Positions 56,282 through 64,000 of a stretch of DNA of 64,000 nt are shown here, in pieces (position 1 is the first letter of the stretch; every line of letters starts with the position of its first letter). The DNA is from the human T2T-CHM13v2.0 reference genome, Homo sapiens. The stretch lies in the NCBI RefSeq assembly GCF_009914755.1, contig NC_060929.1, one strand, 5' to 3'. Both the position numbers and the translations under genes were made by a program. Below the pieces are notes generated by a model that saw only the letters and a list, made by a program, of their open reading frames with translations, ran no database searches and had not been told where the DNA came from.

Positions 56282-56763
56282 TGTTGGGAACAGGCCCCCA
56301 AATCTGGCCATAAACAGGCCCCAAAACTGGCCATAAACAAAATCTCTGCAGCACTGTGACATACTTCTGATGGCTATGATGCCCATGCTGAAGATTGTTG
56401 GTTTACCAGAATCAGGACAAGGAACACCTGGCCCACTCAGGGCAGAAAACCGCTTAAGGCGTTCCTGAACCACAAACAATAGCATGAGCGATCTGTGCCT
56501 TAAGAACATGTTCCTGCTGCAGATAACTAGCCAGAGCCCATCCCTTTGTTTCCCATTTTAGTTAATCTATAATCTATAGAAACAGTGCTTATCACTGGCT
56601 TGCTGTCAGTAAATATGTGGGTAAAACTCTGTTCGCAGCTCTCAGCTCTGAAGGCTGTCAGCCCCCTGATTCCCACTCCCCACTGTATATTTCAGTGTGT
56701 GTGTGTCTTTAATTCCTCTAGCACCACTGGGTTAGGGACTCCATGACCGAGCTGGTCTCAGCA
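56282..56763 (+). promoter_or_regulatory. 3' LTR (MER9)
   Basis: Direct repeat of the 5' LTR, about 9% diverged by manual count. Confidence 0.95.
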
Positions 56764-56830
56764 TCAGCGAGACAAGATGGTGCCACTGCACTCCAGCCCG
56801 GGCAACAGAACTAGACTCTGTATCAAAAAA

Positions 56831-56861
<31 letters not shown>

Positions 56862-56943
56862 CTTTCCTTTCAAACCTGTACTGTTGGTAAATTCCTCTTA
56901 TTACCCATGAACCAATCACTTGCCATGGCAGTGGCTCTGATAC

Positions 56944-57013
56944 CTCACCTGGCACTTACCCCTCAACTGGCACTTACCACTCACCTGGCACTTACCACTC
57001 ACCTGGCACTTAC
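56944..57013. repeat. 18-bp minisatellite, ~3.9 copies (CTCACCTGGCACTTACCA)
   Basis: Units start at 56944, 56962, 56980, 56998. Confidence 0.95.
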
Positions 57014-57111
57014 TTCGGAAATATGTGGAGGAAAGGGTTTGGGGAACTTTCTTCTGATACTGCATAGGATGGGAGCTTGAGACATTTATTTGTATTTTAA
57101 AGAAAAGGCTT

Positions 57112-57558
57112 GGCCCAGCACGGTGGCTCATGCTTGTAATCCCAGCACATTGGGAGGCCAATGTGTGTGGATCACCTGAGGTCAAGAGTTCGAGGTCAAC
57201 CTGATCAACATGGTGAAACCCATCTCTACTAAAAATACAAAAATTAGCTGTGTTCAGTGGCAGACGCCTGTAATCCCAGCTACTCAGGAGGCTGAGGCTG
57301 GAGAATCACTTGAAACTGGGAGGCGGAGGCTGCAGTGAGCCGAGATTTTGCCATTGTATTCCAGCCTGGGCAACAAGAGTGAAACTCTTTCAAAAAACAA
57401 CAACAAAAAAAGAAAGTAAAGAAGGCAGGAAGGAAGACAGAATGACAGAAAGAGAGAAAGAGAGAGAGAAAAAGGAGAGAAAGAGAGAAAGAAAGAAAAA
57501 GAAAAGAAAGAAAAGAAAAGGAAAAAAAAGAAAAGAAAAGAAAAGAAAAAAAGAAAAG
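57112..57558 (+). mobile_element. AluSq-like element with ~170-bp GA-rich expanded tail
   Basis: Body 57112-57391 (aacaagagtgaaact); TSD aaagaaaaggc[t/a]t at 57099-57111 and 57559-57571. Confidence 0.9.
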
Positions 57559-57678
57559 AAAGAAAAGGCATATCCCAAAATGTTGGGAGAGTTAGGCACA
57601 TAAGACCAAAGCAAAAAGAAAATGAAATTGAGATTTTAACAATAATAGAAAAAACATAAACCTTAAAACCATAAGTTT

Positions 57679-57987
<309 letters not shown>

Positions 57988-58636
57988 TTAATGATTCTTC
58001 TCTTATTCAGACATTCAGCCTTTCTAAATTCAATATATGGAAGATGGGAATATTTCTGAGAAATAAAATAAGACAATTAAAAAACCATGAGCATTAATAT
58101 TAGAAATGGTATTATTTTGAATAACTGCCTTCCCAAAGTCAGATTTTATTTCTATATAAACAAATATTGTCTTCTATGTGTCACACAATGCACTAACCAT
58201 TATGGAAGATACAAAAATGAGTAATGCAAGGTCTCAGTGAGCTTGCATTCCAGAGATTTATTTTTTAGTTATGTACATGTAAAACATGTTGTTTTCGTTT
58301 CTCAGAAATAATTTACTTTGTAAACTTGTAAACTGAGAATTATTTTATTTATCATGTTTCCAAAAATATTTAGTTTTCTAAGAGCTCTGAAATACTACTG
58401 TTTTGGCAATCATTTGGAAAAATCCTAAACTAGAATATTACAAAATTGATAGAAGTAGCAAAATAAAAACTGTTTACAGAAGATCAGAGACGTGACAAAT
58501 GTTATGTAAAATACAAATATTACTAATATTTATTTAAAAATAATAATCCACAAGTCATTTCTTCTACAAAACTTTTAAAAACTTAGTTTTGTAGTTAAAG
58601 TTAGATAATGTAGGCCTTCAATAAAGATAATGAGAC

Positions 58637-60135
58637 ATAATTTGAAGTCCAATAATATGATGCCTTCAGTTTGGTTCTTCATACAAGGCTATCATAACCA
58701 AACAGCATAGTACTAACATAAAAATAGACACATAGATCAAAGAAATATAATACAGAACTCAGAAATGAAGCCACATACCTAAGGCCAACTGATCTTTTAA
58801 AAAACCAACAAAAACAAACACTGAGGAAAGAACACCCTATTCAACAAATTGTTCTGGGAAAATTGGATTGTCATATGCAGAAGAATGAAACTGGACACCT
58901 ATTTCTCATTATATATAAAAATTATCTAAAGGTGGATTAAGAGTTAATATCTGAATCTATAAAAATACTAGAAGAAAACCTGGGACAAACTCATCTAGAC
59001 ATTGGCTCAGGCAAATAATTCCTGATTAAAACCTCAAAAGGAAATGCAACAAAAACAAAAATAGACAAGTAAGACTATATTAAAATAAAAGCTTCTGCAC
59101 AGCAAATGCAACAAATCAACCAAGTGAACAACTTTCAGAATGGGAGAAAATACTTGCAAACTATGCATCTGACAAGAGACTAATATCCAGAATCTACAAC
59201 GAATGCATACAACTCATAAACTACAACAACAACAACAACAACAACAACAAACAAATAACCCTATTTCAAAGTGGGCAAAAGACATAACAGACATTTCTCA
59301 AAAGGAGGCATACGAAGGGCTGCCAAGCATGTAAAAGACATTTCTCAAAAGGAGACACAAATGGCTATCAAGCATATGAAAAAAATGCTCAACATCACTA
59401 TTCATCAGAGAAAGGTAAATTAAAACCACAATGGAATAACAGCTTACACAAGTCAGAATGACTGTTAGTATAAAGTAAAAAAAAAAAAAAAAAAAGCAAA
59501 TGTTGGAAACACCGCAGAGAAAAGGGAATGTTTATACACTGTTGATAGGAATGTAAATTAGCACAACCTCTGAGAAACAGCATGGAGAATTCTCAAAAAA
59601 ACTCAAAATAGAACTACCATTTGATTCAGCAAACCCACTACTACTACTACCCAAAGAAAATGAAATCATTGTATCAAAAGCATATCTATACCCATATGTT
59701 TATTTAGAACTATTCACAATAGCAAATATACAGTAAGTATCCACCAATGGATGACTGGATAAACAAAATGTGCTACATATACACTGTGGAATATTACTCA
59801 GCAATTAAAAAGAATGAAATCATGTCTTTTGCAGGAACATAGACGGAACTGGAAGCCATTATCTTAAGTAAAATAATGCAAAGATAAAGTCAAATCCTAC
59901 ATATTTTCTCTTATAAGTGAAAGCTAAATAATGTGTACACATGGACATAGAGTGGGGAATAATAAGTATTGGAGACTCTGAAGGGTGGGCAGGAATGAGG
60001 AACGGGAAATTACTTATTGGGTACAAAGTACATTTTCTGGGTGTTTATTATACCAAAAGCCCAAATTTCACCACTATATATCCATGTAACAAAACTCTAC
60101 TTGTATCCCTCAAATTTATAGAAATAAAAGAAAAT
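58637..60135 (+). mobile_element. Truncated L1 (L1PB4/L1MA-like) with short 5' inversion
   Basis: 58637-58680 is antisense ORF2 that continues into sense tacaaggcta at 58682; 3'UTR and A-rich tail; internal (CAA)n near 59224-59253 and ~47-bp duplication at 59289-59380. Confidence 0.87.
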
Positions 60136-60466
60136 ACAGATAATTAAAAACTTGCTACTGTGTGTAAAGCACTCAGGGAGGCCTGGTGTGGAAAGCAACA
60201 GTAACATCTATGGTATTGAAGCCCTTATAGAGCTCTCAGAGTAGAGAAGAAATGCCATATGAACAAAAGGGCTACTGCTATGTTTTAGGAGGAATGTAAA
60301 AATGTTACTCAAAGATCAGAGATTAGTTCTAAGAGTCCAGGGAATCAACCACTGAAGTGTAAATTTGTGTGGGAAGGGCATGCCAGGAAGATCAATAGAC
60401 TAAGTGAAAAAATAACATAGAAGCAGTGCTTGGTTGAAATATAGAAGTAAGTATGAGCTTAAAATT

Positions 60467-60583
60467 TATATATATATATATATACACACACACACATATT
60501 TATATATATGTATGTATTCTACATATATGTATATATAATAGGAAAATTATATATGTGTATTTTCTATATATATGTGTATATAT
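60467..60583. repeat. (TA)n/(CA)n low-complexity tract
   Basis: Direct reading. Confidence 0.8.
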
Positions 60584-61213
60584 AGTGGTAAAAATTGTGG
60601 AACATTAATAATATTCTAGTGCTTTCTAGATTTCATTGTACATATCTAAGATACTGGGTTAGGGAAGAATCTAGGGAATCAATGGGATTGCAGTACATTT
60701 AATCCTGTGGCAGTAGGATAAATGACCTCAGAATAAATTTAAAGTAATGAAAGAAAAATCAAATTGCTTGGTAATTATATAACATGAATTATGTTTAATC
60801 AGGTTTAAAGACTAAAGAACACAATCGCAATGTTTCCTGTTATCTATTGATTTAATATTTGACAATAAATTAACTAGTATTAATAGCTAATATATTTGCC
60901 ACGCTATTGGCTAAACAATAATTCCCAGTATTTTTTTTTCTCAATAGTTACTATTGAGATGCAGGAGGCATAGAGCGAGGTCACAAAAAAAAGAAGATTA
61001 AGTAAATTTATCTTTTATTAGGAAGAAATAGTATAAGATATGCTACAATTGACCAACATTGATTCTTATCTTTTTGATATGTAAAGGTATAACTACCATT
61101 TTATAGCGAATTAGATGATTTTTTTACTCTCCTGGTAGCAGCTGGTCAATTTTTTGACAAACAGTTGATATTTTTGAAGAAGTACATTCAATTGGTTTCC
61201 TTACTCTGTTTGC

Positions 61214-61273
61214 TTAACAGCTTTTTGTAAGTTTAATTTACATACCATAAAATTTACTTAAGTGTACAATTCA
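61214..61273 (-). mobile_element. L1MB/MC 3' end fragment
   Basis: ttaacagcttt...taatttacataccataaaattta...aagtgtacaattca. Confidence 0.7.
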
Positions 61274-61829
61274 ACCTAATTCCATCTTAATTGTTTCATC
61301 TAGGGCTACAACGAATAGTTTGACTAGAATAGAACACTGATCTATAATTGCATTTTGTTAGAACTATATGCAGAGGAATTAAATTTGATAGATATTATTC
61401 TGTTGATGTCAAAAGGACACTATGATCTTGCCACGGAGTAGGAGAGTTATCTGATATCTATAGTGTCTGTAAAGTACTTTGGTACTTTGTTTTGGAAATA
61501 CAATTATCTAATAAATATGCATTCTCAGTGGAGTATCAGAGAAAAATGCATTTAGTTTCATTTTGATTCCCCCAAATAGCAAACCTAATATACCTTTTGA
61601 TATTTCATTTAAATCAGTGTGAAAAATGTCCTTTTGCAGTTTGATATTGCACTGAAACTGTAAAGTGGTTACTCATGGAGAGAGAGCAGTGTGCTCTCTC
61701 TGGTTCATAGATTTCAGGTTGAAAGTAATGAAAGTATTCTCAGGAAGCCAGCTCAACACCTGCCTGGGCAGTGCACTGTACTATGAAGGTGATTCATATG
61801 TCTGCAAAGTGCATTTCACAAAGGTCCCA

Positions 61830-62205
61830 GGTATCAGTTAGTGCAGGGCATGCATCTGAATATAAAAATAACATAATCGGAGTGACTTCATTGAGGTCCT
61901 TTTCTTCAGCAATTTCCATGTAACCTTCTCTTTGTGTGCTTGTTGTCACATGATCACAAATACATGTTTAAATCCAGAAGATGATAAAGCTGATTGAGGG
62001 AGCATTGGCACCTTTATAAAGATTTCCAAATTTTCCTAAAATACCTCAGTGGCCTCGCTGGCCAGAGCAGTGTTGATAGATACAGGGAAGTTGGAAAAAT
62101 CTAGATTTTAACTGCATATGTTGCTACCCTGAGTAAAATCAGAGTTATGATATGACAGGCAAAATGAGAAATTGATATTAAATAGACAACCACTAATGTC
62201 TACTA
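61830..62205 (-). mobile_element. Old MLT1 (K/L-like) LTR, decayed
   Basis: tcagttag start; agggaagttggaaaaat...gttgctaccctgagtaaaatcagagtt...gatatt..atagacaac end. Confidence 0.45.
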
Positions 62206-62480
62206 GAATTTAATAACTCTCTATTTCTTAAATGCTATCTACAGCTGATTTTTTTTCTTGTGTTGTTGTCCTCACACAATCTGCTGCAGTTCAGGAACTA
62301 CTTGGAATTCTTCCCTAAAGTAGACAAAGTGAGATTTTTTTTTTTTTTTCAGTAAATGGAACCTATTAATTTTTTTTCCAAGAGGAACAAATTACTTAGC
62401 TTTGATGATGACTACCTAACCATTTTTGTCTGTTTGTCTGTTGTCTGAGAATATAAAATAATTATTTTTAAATGTTTCTA

Positions 62481-62684
62481 CAGTAAGTTCTCAATGTCCT
62501 TAATAGGTTCTTTAAAATGGTGATTGCAAGAGAAGGGACATACAGCAGGTCCTCAAATTATGTCATTTCCATTACTTCATTTCCTTATAACATTGACGGA
62601 AACAATATATATTGTCATTATACTTTATTTTGCTTAAAAATTACAGTTTCCAAGAATCTATGAATGATAAGTGAGGACATACTG
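62481..62684. mobile_element. MER6B-like Tigger MITE
   Basis: TIRs CAGTAAGTTCTCA.../...GTGAGGACATACTG, upstream TA, internal CAGCAGGTCCTC; matches recalled MER6B layout. Confidence 0.8.
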
Positions 62685-63638
62685 CAAAATTGTTTGTGCA
62701 AGCAATTATTATTGTTATTATTATTATCAATAGGAATGGGTTATAAAAAGATAAATTGACAAAGCATATTCTATTGTGAAATCTTCTTTATCTTCTGCAG
62801 ATATTGTAAACCACAATTTAAATATTTTATTGTCTTAGCTTTTAATAGATATAAAATATTGACTTTGGAAAGTGAAAACTATTGTCAAATAGATTTTCAT
62901 ATGAAATGATACAAAATGAAATTTAAAATCTATAGGACTTCCAAAGATGCTTTATATAGTTTCTTTAAGCATATAGAGAAATCATTCCTAGACTTAATAT
63001 TTTTCCTCACTGAGCAAAAATGAAATGAAATAAATTTGGGGAGGTAATAGAGAACCAAAAAATGTTGATGAATTTAACTACTTTATGCAGACTGAAGAAA
63101 TAATGTTGAAAAACCTTGTTTTCAATTATATCCTACGAAATTCATTGAGGTCTTTAACTGAGTTCATTTTTATAGCTGATTGAATTCTGTTACAATATGT
63201 TGAGAAAAGGTCATCTTGAAGAATCACAGTTATTGTCCGTCAAGAGCTCTGCATTAGTGGCTGTTGTTTCAGACAGAGCATGGCAGTTTACCTCATCTAG
63301 AGACACTATTCTGAGTCAAGACTGTCAATTCCGAAGATAAAAGGTTGGTTATTTTATTGTCTAACTTTTATCTCCTTACAGATTATCATTCACAATTTTC
63401 CAATGGTATATTTCTCTTATTTATCATGTTTGTAAAAGATTTCTAGAAAATGTTTGGAAAGAATTTAATCGCATATAAGTTCATAATGTATCTTATCTTT
63501 TTAAAATAAATTTATATAACTTTTTGACTAAAAAGTTCTTTCAAACAAAATAATCATTTTTTACTACTTCAGATAAGACTATTTCAAATTCTCATAATCA
63601 TTCAAAATGTAGTAATTTTGGAAATTCTTGTCGATCTC

Positions 63639-63940
63639 TTTTTTTTTTTTTTTTGAGATGGAGTTTCTCACTCTGCCACTTAGGCTGGAGTGCAGTTACA
63701 CGATCTTGGCTCACTGCAACCTCTGCCTCCTGGGTTCAAGCGATTCTCTCTGGCTCAGCATCCTGAGTAGCTGGGATTACAGGCATGCACTACTACACCT
63801 GACTAATTTTTGTATTTTTCAGCAGAGACAGGATTTCACCATGTTGGCCAGGCTAGTCTTGAACTCCTGACCTGACGTGATCCGTCCACCTGGGTCTCCC
63901 AAAGTGCTAGGATTACAGGCTTGAGTCACCGCTCCCAGCC
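63639..63940 (-). mobile_element. AluSx-like
   Basis: Full dimer; TSD tcttgtc[g/a]atct at 63626-63637 and 63941-63952. Confidence 0.93.
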
Positions 63941-64000
63941 TCTTGTCAATCTTAAAGAAGGAGACAAGATAACTTGAGTCCTATATTTTTCCAAGGACTG

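Larger units (their letters stand above)
50539..56763 (+). mobile_element. HERV-K(HML-3)/HERVK9 defective provirus, 6225 bp
   Basis: Paired MER9 LTRs, 6-bp TSD tcagtg/tcagcg, PBS, PPT, betaretroviral gag-pro(dUTPase, G-patch)-pol-env relics. Confidence 0.95.
50311..56860 (+). mobile_element. AluSx split by the HML-3 provirus (50311-50538 and 56764-56860)
   Basis: Reads ...ggaggtggagtttcagtg | provirus | tcagcgagacaagatggtgccactgcactccagcc...; (TAAA)n tail; near-TSD aacgtccctttca/aactttcctttca. Confidence 0.92.

Noticed and set aside
56944-57013. CRISPR-like repeat array
   Set aside because: No unique spacers, primate context, no cas genes
57284-57614. Lys/Arg-rich and Phe-rich ORFs
   Set aside because: Translations of an Alu and its purine tail
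61679-61701. 10-bp hairpin AGAGAGAGCA/TGCTCTCTCT
   Set aside because: Low complexity and too short for a pre-miRNA

Overview
AT-rich, repeat-dense primate genomic DNA, probably ape or human given the AluS, L1PA4, MER11 and HML-3 content. I found no host protein-coding exon or RNA gene I can support, so it reads as a gene desert or a large intron. The centrepiece is a ~6.2 kb defective HERV-K(HML-3)/HERVK9 provirus (50539-56763) with two MER9 LTRs, a Lys-type PBS, a PPT, and gag/dUTPase-pro/pol/env relics carrying internal deletions. It sits inside an AluS, which sits inside an older LTR47-like solo LTR. Also present: an L1PA15/16-like element carrying MER11 and MER50 solo LTRs, a near full-length L1MA-like element, two twin-primed (5'-inverted) L1s, about ten Alus, MaLR LTRs, MADE1/MER6/Tigger/MER5 DNA-transposon relics, MIR/L2/L3 fragments and microsatellites. 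Nearly all ORFs in the track are transposon relics or chance. I did not find a convincing new biological system. The best oddities are an 18-bp repeat that reads as a 5' splice-site array on the minus strand, a Pol-theta-like templated insertion in an L1, an in-frame Gag-dUTPase fusion, a MADE1 hairpin with a compensatory change, and a possible ancient hAT transposase relic. Subfamily names come from recalled consensus sequences, not from a database search.
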